Position numbers and translations under genes: made by a program
DNA from: a virus
Lineage: Duplodnaviria; Caudoviricetes
Strand: one strand, 5' to 3'
IMG/VR virus record: IMGVR_UViG_2609460327_000001
Location: 64,001-128,000 of that record
Length of the DNA: 64,000 nt
Notes under the pieces: generated by a model
Told to the model about the DNA's origin: nothing
Database searches by the model: none
Seen by the model: the letters and a program-made list of their open reading frames with translations, nothing else
Shown here: positions 1-7,352 of the stretch, one piece after another
Numbering within the stretch: position 1 is the first letter of the stretch
Layout: every line of letters starts with the position of its first letter

Positions 1-524
1 AGCTGAGATTGAGATTGATAGCTGACCTCCGCGTTGAGCACCACTTCACCAGCTTCGTTGCGGGAATGCTTCAATAGATCGACAGATACAGTACGTACAC
101 GCTTACGAGTAGGTGCAATCACCATAGCAGGAATCTCTGCACCTTTCTCTTCCATGAATGCACGGAAGAAGCGATATTGATTCTTAGGAACACCAGTAAG
201 CTCCGGGTTCTCCATAACAGTACGGATATCCTTACCACTAGCGATAGCAGCTGTGATAGCCTCATAATTCTTTGTTTTAACGCCCAATCCTGGGAACTCA
301 GCAATAGCATCCAATACTACAGAAGTAGACTTGTAATCAGACATTTGCGCCTCTAGTTTGTTACCTTTGATAGCTTTGTTGAAAAGACGGTTTACCTCAG
401 CCAGTTGTTTGTTGATTTGTGCTTGTTTGTTGTTAGTCATTGTAGATTGCTCCTTTTTGTTTGTTTTAGTTTGTTTGTTGGACATAGGGACGGACGACAT
501 AGCTTTCTTTGAATCAGTTGACAT
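1..524 (-). CDS. Hypothetical protein, runs off the left edge (MSTDSKK...MTNNKQAQINKQLAEV...)
   Basis: Hand-translated open frame from ATG 524 (RBS AAGGAGG) with an in-frame second ATG at 440 (RBS AAAGGAG). No stop before the edge. Absent from the ORF track. Confidence 0.8.
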   Translation of the reverse strand, partial: MSTDSKKAMSSVPMSNKQTKTNKKEQSTMTNNKQAQINKQLAEVNRLFNKAIKGNKLEAQMSDYKSTSVVLDAIAEFPGLGVKTKNYEAITAAIASGKDIRTVMENPELTGVPKNQYRFFRAFMEEKGAEIPAMVIAPTRKRVRTVSVDLLKHSRNEAGEVVLNAEVSYQSQSQ

Positions 525-559
525 AGAGTGATTCCTCCTTGGGGTTATATGTGCTGTAC

Positions 560-640
560 TTACATACAGCTCCCTATATAGGGGGGGGTTCATATAGAGG
601 GGGGTCTATATAGGCCACCTATACAGGGAGCTATGTGTAA
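560..640. repeat. 23-bp imperfect inverted repeat enclosing G-tracts
   Basis: TTACATACAGCTCCCTATATAGG (560-582) matches the reverse complement of 618-640 (TTACACATAGCTCCCTGTATAGG) at 20/23. Confidence 0.8.
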
Positions 641-893
641 ATAAATAAAAAGACCCCTGCATACTACACATGGGGGCGGCTGACCCGAACCATGCGTACT
701 ACACAGGGGCTGTATATGATAGAGTGCACCTACACACCCATATGCCCATATACATAGGCACAATATGGCTAACCATAGTACTGCTACCCATGCCACCATA
801 TAAGGTAGGGTAGAGGGTATAGCCTACATAGGGGATCATCCACCGTTATCGTGTACTCCCTATGCATCTACACCATGCCATGTCCATGACCTA

Positions 894-1445
894 TTAGATC
901 ACGAACAAAGCAGCTGTATTGAGGTATGCATATGCAGATGCTACCCATACATAGTCAAGACCAATGCATGCCCAGTATGTAGCATATAGGGCGATCACAG
1001 GCAGGAAGCCAGCTATAAGGCTGGATACCATAGCGGATAGGATAGCTCTGCGCCAGTCCATAGCCTGCTTCTTACGCTTAGCAATAAGGAAGTGGATAGT
1101 GAGTATGGCTACCATGGCTACAGCAGCAGCTATCCACCCTGCACCTACTAGGGATGTGGTAGCCACGCCACCTACTACAGCAGAGCCTACTACAGTGGCA
1201 GTCTCCCACTTATGCTTACGAATAGCATTGCCTACAAAGGCTATGTCTTTCTTAAGTCCATTGTAGATGAAGCCTACTACCTTCTTAGTTGCATCCCATA
1301 CAATACCAGCATACTTAGCAATCTTAGATGTCTTAGCTTCACTAGCATCAGCAGGAACATCAATGATGATAGGCTTACGCTTTGCTTCGAGATCTTTCTT
1401 GAATTGCATGTAAGTGTTGATAGAACCTTGAATTGTGTTAGTCAT
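894..1445 (-). CDS. Membrane protein, several predicted TM helices
   Basis: ORF track 894..1571. Likely start is ATG 1445 after RBS AAAGGAG. C-terminal half is hydrophobic. Confidence 0.75.
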   Translation of the reverse strand: MTNTIQGSINTYMQFKKDLEAKRKPIIIDVPADASEAKTSKIAKYAGIVWDATKKVVGFIYNGLKKDIAFVGNAIRKHKWETATVVGSAVVGGVATTSLVGAGWIAAAVAMVAILTIHFLIAKRKKQAMDWRRAILSAMVSSLIAGFLPVIALYATYWACIGLDYVWVASAYAYLNTAALFVI

Positions 1446-1631
1446 GATAGACTCCTTTCGTTGTTGCAGTTTTACGGGTTCACTGCCAACCCTAATGTGT
1501 TTGCTTATTGTTGGAGGGGGTGGGGCGTCGAACGTCACCATCAACCAACAATAAACAACTAGGTACCCCACGCAAAAATTTTTTTATAGAAAATTGCCCC
1601 CTATAGAAAATTTAATTGTTGTCAAATAAAA

Positions 1632-1645
1632 TGTAACGCATTACA
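1632..1645. promoter_or_regulatory. Palindromic operator-like site TGTAACGCATTACA
   Basis: The same 14-mer recurs at 5190, 38307 and (1 mismatch) 13505, each time beside a -10-like element. Confidence 0.6.
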
Positions 1646-1689
1646 ATTTGAGTATAGAAAATAAAAAAATAAAAAAGGAATGATTATCC

Positions 1690-2220
1690 ATGTTAAAAGA
1701 AACATTCTTAATACACATATCAAAAGACGGCGGTTATATCAAAACAGAAGGACCATTCGAACAGTATCCTACAAATGGGCAGATTATGTTAGCTATTGAA
1801 AAACACGAAGGAGATAGCGGCACGATTGAAAAGTCATTTGATTTAATTAAAAAAGAAGAGAAGAAGTCGGACGATCTGCGAGAAGCTTTGAGGCCCATGA
1901 TGCTCATGACGATCAAGAATAAATTACTTCACGCTGCCGAAAATCATAATTATATTTATGTCGATGAATATCTCAGACAAGTCGGAAAAACAACTGCTTT
2001 GATTGAGTTTGCTAAAGATATCGAAGGTATCGTTGTTGTAAGACACAGAAGTATTGCAGAGGCATTAAAAGAACAATCAAAATATGATCGCATTATGTCG
2101 GTTTTCGATGCAAGTGTGAAAGGGTTTGACCAAGATACTCCTGTTGTATTTGATGAAGGCGTGAACCCTGATATGCTAATAGGTTTAAACGTAGCAACGG
2201 GATTCGTAAACAAAAAATAA
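1690..2220 (+). CDS. Small P-loop protein with a truncated terminase/helicase-like ATPase motif
   Basis: RQVGKTT Walker A-like and VVFDE Walker B-like motifs. RBS AAAGGA. Confidence 0.65.
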   Translation: MLKETFLIHISKDGGYIKTEGPFEQYPTNGQIMLAIEKHEGDSGTIEKSFDLIKKEEKKSDDLREALRPMMLMTIKNKLLHAAENHNYIYVDEYLRQVGKTTALIEFAKDIEGIVVVRHRSIAEALKEQSKYDRIMSVFDASVKGFDQDTPVVFDEGVNPDMLIGLNVATGFVNKK

Positions 2221-2253
2221 TACAAACACGCATGTACTGAGGAGAGCTATGTA

Positions 2254-2628
2254 ATGTCAAAAGAATGCGCGATTGAAGGATGCAACGAGCATGTTAGATC
2301 AACAGGGCTTTGTGCAAAACACTATCGGAGGAAATGGCTATACGGAGACCCAACATACGAGAAGCAAGATTATGATAGACCAAAGTCTTGCTCAGCATGT
2401 GGTATTAACAAAGTGAAAGCGCTCGGCCTCTGCCCTAATTGCTATGCAAAGAATCGAAGAAAAGAAATGGGATGTAATCAATACATGATCGGTGGCAAGT
2501 CCAATAACGATTGCGAATGTATTGAAGAGGGGTGCAGCAAACCAGCTCTAGCAAGAAAGCTATGCAGGAGGCATTATCTTAAAAAGCGCGCAGAAGAAGA
2601 CGAACATAAATTGGAGGCAAGCAAATAA
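2254..2628 (+). CDS. Cys/His zinc-binding repeat protein
   Basis: Three C-x2-4-C...LC-xx-(H/C)Y repeats. Confidence 0.75.
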   Translation: MSKECAIEGCNEHVRSTGLCAKHYRRKWLYGDPTYEKQDYDRPKSCSACGINKVKALGLCPNCYAKNRRKEMGCNQYMIGGKSNNDCECIEEGCSKPALARKLCRRHYLKKRAEEDEHKLEASK

Positions 2629-2831
2629 TGAAAAAGCAAGGAAAGATTGTTGTGACGAAAGAAGTGCTCGAGCAAGCGCTTCATCTTAAGGAGGGAATCT
2701 CAATCATTGGGATTGAGATGGATTCAATAGATCGAAATACGTATGCGGTCTATGTTCAAGGAGATAGCTTGCAGACGGTGGGAGAAGCGCAACAATCTAT
2801 AGTCTATCAGCAGGAAGACGTAATGAAATGA
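2628..2831 (+). CDS. Hypothetical protein
   Basis: RBS GGAGG; translationally coupled to its neighbours. Confidence 0.7.
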   Translation: MKKQGKIVVTKEVLEQALHLKEGISIIGIEMDSIDRNTYAVYVQGDSLQTVGEAQQSIVYQQEDVMK

Positions 2832-3172
2832 AAGCCATATGCGAATTTCCTCGTTGTGGAAAAGAAGTTATCGCAAAAGGGCACTGCTGGAAGCATTACA
2901 GAAGAATCAAGCGGCATAATGATCCCACCATTGTGTTAGCAGGAACAGGGAAGCCTATGTACGAGCATACAGAGTGCATCGAAGAAGGGTGCGATAAGAA
3001 GCCTATTGCAAAAGGACTTTGCGTTGTGCACTACTCCAGAGCAAGGCGAATAAACCGCTTGGCGGACGGACGGTGTACGGTATGTGGGAAAGAGAACAAT
3101 AGCACAAAGAGGGCATGTGATTCCTGCCGCTTGAAACAGAAGATGAGGGCTAAGAGGAAGGCGGGAGCCTAG
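2828..3172 (+). CDS. Cys/His zinc-binding repeat protein, paralog of 2254..2628
   Basis: Shares the ECIEEGC.KP..A..LC..HY repeat; ATGA overlap with the upstream gene. Confidence 0.75.
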   Translation: MKAICEFPRCGKEVIAKGHCWKHYRRIKRHNDPTIVLAGTGKPMYEHTECIEEGCDKKPIAKGLCVVHYSRARRINRLADGRCTVCGKENNSTKRACDSCRLKQKMRAKRKAGA

Positions 3173-3507
3173 TGGAATTGATGAAGGTCTATTCAGAAAA
3201 ATTGAAAGAGGAAAAGTCAAGGAGCAATTGGCTTAATCTTGCAGACGTTGTCTACTATATCCAGCCTGGGGAGGTTGCCGAATCAGAAGATCGCCAATTC
3301 AGCGTGAGTTGTACAGATTCTATCAATGGGCACTTATCCTATTACTTCATGGACAAGGGGCGAAGACATGGAAAGAGACTGGAATTTAGCAAGGGAAGCA
3401 TTATGACGGCATTCCAAAAGATGATGCTGCCTAATCCAGACTTCTATAGTGCCTCATACAAGATAAGGGGGGTGCGAGATATTGGAGCTTATGCAGAAAT
3501 ACATTGA
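3172..3507 (+). CDS. Hypothetical protein
   Basis: GTG start after GGAG, coupled to the upstream stop. Confidence 0.65.
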   Translation: MELMKVYSEKLKEEKSRSNWLNLADVVYYIQPGEVAESEDRQFSVSCTDSINGHLSYYFMDKGRRHGKRLEFSKGSIMTAFQKMMLPNPDFYSASYKIRGVRDIGAYAEIH

Positions 3508-3865
3508 TAATGTTTACTCTCTTAATGGCATCTATATTATGCAAATACCAAGCTCGATGCCGTTTAAACAAGCAAAAGAAATGGCGGATAAATGGAAAAA
3601 TAGATTCGGTCAAGGTAGACCGCTTATGGTTATTCCAGAAGAAGTGGACATTCAGTACATGGAATCATTCGATACGAGTATTGCCATAAGGATGCTTACG
3701 AACGGATATAGGCTTAAAAGAAGCAGCGAGCTTGGAGTAAAGTATATATGGAGTGATAGGTTGAAGCGGAAGGAAGAGGGTCAGAGGTGGAAAAATTACA
3801 CCCTTACAGACGCAGACTTGCTTGCTAGAGATTGGCAGTTGGTCAGGGAGGATCTACAGTTATGA
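3482..3865 (+). CDS. DUF2829/Tad2-like protein, candidate anti-defence nucleotide sponge, with an N-terminal extension
   Basis: C-terminal F..AI..L..G.RL.R...W...T..DLLARDW.LV pattern as recalled for DUF2829. Confidence 0.55.
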   Translation: MELMQKYIDNVYSLNGIYIMQIPSSMPFKQAKEMADKWKNRFGQGRPLMVIPEEVDIQYMESFDTSIAIRMLTNGYRLKRSSELGVKYIWSDRLKRKEEGQRWKNYTLTDADLLARDWQLVREDLQL

Positions 3866-4059
3866 ATATAGCAAATCAAGTCCTAAAGGCTTTAGACGAA
3901 AGCTTCCCTGGCTTAGAGTCTATTGTTGCAGAAGGCGACAGGGTTATCATGTATTGTGAATCAGGAGCTTGGCAGCTAGATATTATAAAGGCGCAGCCCA
4001 TGGAGTATATAGCCATTGACGTTAAGGTGGACGTGTCTGATCTAGTAGGTGAAAGCTAA
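3862..4059 (+). CDS. Hypothetical protein
   Basis: ATG 3862 after GGAGGA, with ATGA overlap. Confidence 0.65.
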   Translation: MNIANQVLKALDESFPGLESIVAEGDRVIMYCESGAWQLDIIKAQPMEYIAIDVKVDVSDLVGES

Positions 4060-4367
4060 TGAGAACCCCGAAGATCGGATCGAGGTGGCAGCACTACAAA
4101 GGTGGACTATATGTCATATCTGACATAGGTATTGATGCAAGTCGTCATGAGGATGGGAAAGCAATCTGGTACTACCGTGAGGATGAGCCTGATCAGAAAT
4201 ACTACCGACCGATTTTAGAATGGCACAATCCTATTGAGCATGAAGGTGAGGTTGTTCCTCGTTTCAGAGAGCTTGAGAAGGGAGGATCAACACTTGGAGC
4301 TATTGATGGACTATTTGCAAAGGGTATCAAAGGCAAAGGGAGAACCTATCGTCGTCCGAGAGTCTGA
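4059..4367 (+). CDS. DUF1653-like protein
   Basis: WQHYKGGLY.V...Y.RP motif and RF near the domain end. Confidence 0.6.
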   Translation: MRTPKIGSRWQHYKGGLYVISDIGIDASRHEDGKAIWYYREDEPDQKYYRPILEWHNPIEHEGEVVPRFRELEKGGSTLGAIDGLFAKGIKGKGRTYRRPRV

Positions 4368-5091
4368 CTACTATGAGCGCTGGAGACTGTTCCAAGAGTG
4401 CGATAATGGCCATATTGCGGTCGTTGCTCACAGGAGAGCAGGGAAGACCACGGCCATAAGTGAAAAGGCAATCAAGTCAAACAAGAACGTTGTTATATTT
4501 GATCGGTATGTTGCTTCATCACAGGCTCATAGGGATATGATAAGATCACGCCTTATTCAGGATGGTATTCAGTATGATTATACGTCTAATGGGTTCTCCT
4601 TGGGAAATGGCAGGACCATATCTTTAGAGATGAAGATCGGAGAGTATGCACCACAAGAACTAAATGATTGCTTGGTCATATTTGATGAAGCAGACTCTAT
4701 GATGATCCATTCAAGTTGGTTGGAGCAAGTCATGATCTATGCTGATGTTATTATGGTGTCCACATATACAGCATTGTTGGATAACACGTTTAAGAAGTTT
4801 CTTAGTAATCGAATAAAGCCACGGATCGGAGATCATGAAGTCCTGGCCTTTATCATGCCTTCTCCAAGAGCTCCATCTAGTTATGGAGAGTTATTTATGG
4901 ATGCAGAGCAAATTGCCTTACAGATCGAATGTGACCTAGCAAGGGCACGGAAATTCAATGGAATAAGACACGGAAGAGGACGGAGATTAAATGCGAGTTT
5001 TCAAACGACTGAAGAGACAAGACAAGTGCTCCCTAGCGATAATGTTACTGCTAGTGACATCGGCAACGGCACCGCAAGTGATAACGGATAA
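4294..5091 (+). CDS. Terminase-ATPase-like protein lacking a nuclease domain
   Basis: AHRRAGKTT Walker A, VIFDEAD Walker B, and MVST motif III-like. Likely TTG start at 4294 after GGAGG (ORF track starts at 4234). Confidence 0.65.
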   Translation: MELLMDYLQRVSKAKGEPIVVRESDYYERWRLFQECDNGHIAVVAHRRAGKTTAISEKAIKSNKNVVIFDRYVASSQAHRDMIRSRLIQDGIQYDYTSNGFSLGNGRTISLEMKIGEYAPQELNDCLVIFDEADSMMIHSSWLEQVMIYADVIMVSTYTALLDNTFKKFLSNRIKPRIGDHEVLAFIMPSPRAPSSYGELFMDAEQIALQIECDLARARKFNGIRHGRGRRLNASFQTTEETRQVLPSDNVTASDIGNGTASDNG

Positions 5092-5188
5092 AAAGGCAAC
5101 ACATCAAGAGGAAACGTATATCATAGAACAAAATCAAAAGCGTCAAAGAAAAAAAGAGAGAAAACGCGTGAAATAAGCCATTATCATA

Positions 5189-5217
5189 TTGTAATGCGTT
5201 ACATTATCGTATAGAAT
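5189..5217 (+). promoter_or_regulatory. sigmaA-type promoter overlapped by the TGTAATGCGTTACA palindrome
   Basis: TTGTAA-N17-TAGAAT; palindrome at 5190-5203. Confidence 0.65.
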
Positions 5218-5222
5218 AAACT

Positions 5223-5496
5223 CAAGTCGAGAACACAGACCCGACTTGGCAGATGACTGCAGCAGCTCTCCTCAGAATAGCTGACTGGACACAGTATGGT
5301 TTACTCCGGATGAATCGTGTAGCTTAGCATGGGCTCACGGCACCTCCTACAAAAAAATAGTCCGGAGTATGCCTATACTCTTTTTAGAGAAAAGGGCTTC
5401 AAGTAAATAGCCACAGATCAAGGACTGCCACCCTACCTGTTAAATTACACCTCCAGTGTTGAATATAGCGTTGGCATCGCTCTTGAAGCCTTTTCT
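5223..5496 (+). ncRNA. Putative structured small RNA(s) with anti-SD (CACCTCC) loops
   Basis: Stems 5223-5229/5242-5248, 5293-5310/5361-5379 and 5388-5403/5482-5496. CACCTCC at 5341 and 5448. Downstream of a promoter, no convincing ORF. Confidence 0.55.
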
Positions 5497-5516
5497 GTGA
5501 AAAGAAATCACAAAAT

Positions 5517-5532
5517 AAGAACATATGTTCTT
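5517..5532. promoter_or_regulatory. LexA (Cheo/SOS) box
   Basis: Perfect palindrome AAGAACATATGTTCTT containing GAAC-N4-GTTC, abutting a -35. Confidence 0.7.
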
Positions 5533-5559
5533 GATATTTTTTGCCAAATGGCTTAAAAT
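5531..5559 (+). promoter_or_regulatory. sigmaA-type promoter
   Basis: TTGATA-N17-TAAAAT. Confidence 0.7.
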
Positions 5560-5565
5560 ATAACT

Positions 5566-5648
5566 CAGCGAAGGATACGTGAGATCTCCAACCTCATACA
5601 GCTTCACTTGTTCGAAAAGCGGCGGGCGGCACACCTGCTGCTTTTTTT
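5566..5648 (+). ncRNA. Putative ~85-nt SOS-regulated small RNA
   Basis: Bounded by the LexA-boxed promoter and an intrinsic terminator; no ORF. Confidence 0.55.
5615..5648 (+). terminator. Intrinsic terminator
   Basis: AAGCGGCGG...CTGCTGCTT stem followed by a T-run. Confidence 0.7.
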
Positions 5649-5718
5649 GTTGCCCAAAATAAGGGTTGCTTGCCATCTCCTAAATATGTTATGATCGTTT
5701 ACGAGAGAATACATCAGA

Positions 5719-5744
5719 ACATGTTATAATATGATATAACATGT
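5719..5744. promoter_or_regulatory. Inverted repeat upstream of the parM-like gene (operator or centromere-like site)
   Basis: ACATGTTATA-N6-TATAACATGT is a perfect IR overlapping a TGnTATAAT extended -10. A related half-site lies near 5684. Confidence 0.6.
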
Positions 5745-5765
5745 CGAATTAGGAGGAAAACAATC

Positions 5766-6959
5766 ATGGCGGTGAAAAAAGTGAAAGATTTGAAGTTGAA
5801 GCTAGAGGACTTATTTGATTTTGATCTTGCAGCAATTGATATTGGTTTTAATGGAAGCAAGCGTATGTCAAGCTTAGGTATGTTCGGTGTTATACCAAGT
5901 ACTGTTATGCCTACAAATGAAAAATTCGCAAATTCCTTCAAACACACAGAAGTTGATGAGTCGCGCTTGATGGTGAAGACTGCTGACGGTTTCTACCACG
6001 TAGGTGAACAAGCAATGAAGAGTAATAAGCTTCTGGTCACAAGTCGGACAACCAATCATGACCGTGCGTCCGATCCTTCATTCAGAGTTATGTTTGAAAC
6101 CAATCTTGCACTATGTGTTCCTCATGAAGATGGAGAATATGATGTCTACTTAACAACCGGCTTGCCGAATGAGGATTTCGATAAAGGTATTCGCACACGG
6201 TTGGAGGAGTACATAAACCAAAGTTTTGAAGTTGTAATCTACCTTGGTTATGGAAAGAAAATCACTAAGAAAATTAACATTATTGGATATGAAGTTCTGA
6301 GACAGCCAGAGGGAAGTGTGACATCTACACAATTTGCCTTTACAAGAGAAGGCCTTCTGACGACTACTCTCTACAGAGCTTTGACTGCTGTTGTTGATAT
6401 TGGCCACCTGACTACAGACTATGCATTATTCTCCGAAGGCGTATATGTAGAGGAAGAAGGAACTTACGGATCGACACTTGCGACTGCTGAGCTGTACAAG
6501 CGACTCAAAGTGAGCATGGCTATTCACTTTGATAATGAGTTTGGAGTTGCTTACAGTCCAACGGATGATGAACTGGATTCAGTTGTTCGTGGAGAAGATA
6601 TCGAGTTCAATGGTGCTTCTCATAAGTTGTATCATCTTGTAGAAGAAGCCGCGAAGGAAATCTCGGCAGTCATTGCGAACGAGGTCATTACGTCTTGGGG
6701 TCAACATGCGAACCGCGTGAAGATCATCTTGCTTACAGGCGGCGGTGCTCATATCTTCCAAGACTTCCTGAGAGAAGAGTTTGCGAAGCGTAAGGTACAA
6801 GCCTTCTCTGTAGTGGAAGATCCTCAAATGGCTAACGTATATGGATTCTACATCCGAGCAGCCATGAACCAAGTCAAAGAGATGGAAGATGGATCTCTGA
6901 ACTTCGAGCAGGTATACGAAAGATTCATCAAAGATATATTCGAAAGCGAGGCAGCGTAA
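5766..6959 (+). CDS. ParM/StbA-family actin-like ATPase
   Basis: IDIGFNGSK phosphate-1, TTGLP, QPEG, VVDIGHLTTD phosphate-2, LLTGGGA adenosine loop, and DPQMANVYGF. Confidence 0.9.
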   Translation: MAVKKVKDLKLKLEDLFDFDLAAIDIGFNGSKRMSSLGMFGVIPSTVMPTNEKFANSFKHTEVDESRLMVKTADGFYHVGEQAMKSNKLLVTSRTTNHDRASDPSFRVMFETNLALCVPHEDGEYDVYLTTGLPNEDFDKGIRTRLEEYINQSFEVVIYLGYGKKITKKINIIGYEVLRQPEGSVTSTQFAFTREGLLTTTLYRALTAVVDIGHLTTDYALFSEGVYVEEEGTYGSTLATAELYKRLKVSMAIHFDNEFGVAYSPTDDELDSVVRGEDIEFNGASHKLYHLVEEAAKEISAVIANEVITSWGQHANRVKIILLTGGGAHIFQDFLREEFAKRKVQAFSVVEDPQMANVYGFYIRAAMNQVKEMEDGSLNFEQVYERFIKDIFESEAA

Positions 6960-7120
6960 TGGCTGAAGAAAGAGAGACAAAACCACAGAAGGTGCCTAAA
7001 ATCCAAGTCATCATTCGGGATGTCGATACAGATATTAAAGAACATTTCGAAAAGATTAAGCCAGGTGATTGGGCAACAGAGGCCAGACGACTATTGTCGA
7101 AAGCTATTGAGTCGGAGTAA
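6959..7120 (+). CDS. Small ribbon-helix-helix-like DNA-binding protein (ParR-like adaptor), 53 aa
   Basis: Hand-translated MAEERETKPQKVPKIQVIIRDVDTDIKEHFEKIKPGDWATEARRLLSKAIESE. TAATG coupling to the actin gene; strand-helix-helix pattern. Confidence 0.65.
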   Translation: MAEERETKPQKVPKIQVIIRDVDTDIKEHFEKIKPGDWATEARRLLSKAIESE

Positions 7121-7180
7121 AACGCAGGAAAATAACGCTTTCCAGCGGAATTAAATGAAATGAAATAGAATCACTTAAGA

Positions 7181-7210
7181 TAGAGTCCCTACATGGGGCT
7201 CTATTTTTTT
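7181..7210 (+). terminator. Intrinsic terminator of the par operon
   Basis: TAGAGTCCC-tacat-GGGGCTCTA followed by T7. Confidence 0.8.
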
Positions 7211-7352
7211 GTGCATTCATAGGTGCAAATGTCCTGAAAATACCAGAGCCTGTACAATTAAGCTAAGGGGATAGACTGCCCAAACAGTACCGATCGGGGT
7301 CAAGGGGTCATTAGATCTACCCCTTTTTTCGTACTTACAAGGAGGAGAATTT

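Noticed and set aside
590-799. 69-aa hydrophobic minus-strand ORF
   Set aside because: No clear RBS, and it runs through the inverted repeat. It cannot be excluded but is unsupported.
964-1562. Plus-strand ORFs 964..1266 and 1212..1562
   Set aside because: They are antisense to the RBS-supported membrane protein gene 894..1445.
1632-1645. Palindrome as a canonical CcpA cre site
   Set aside because: The central dinucleotide is GC rather than the conserved CG. Kept as an unknown operator.
5223-5648. tRNA or tmRNA identity for the structured RNAs
   Set aside because: No cloverleaf with a properly placed T-loop and acceptor stem could be built by eye.
5440-5676. 78-aa minus-strand ORF
   Set aside because: It crosses the promoter, LexA box and terminator, which explain the sequence better.
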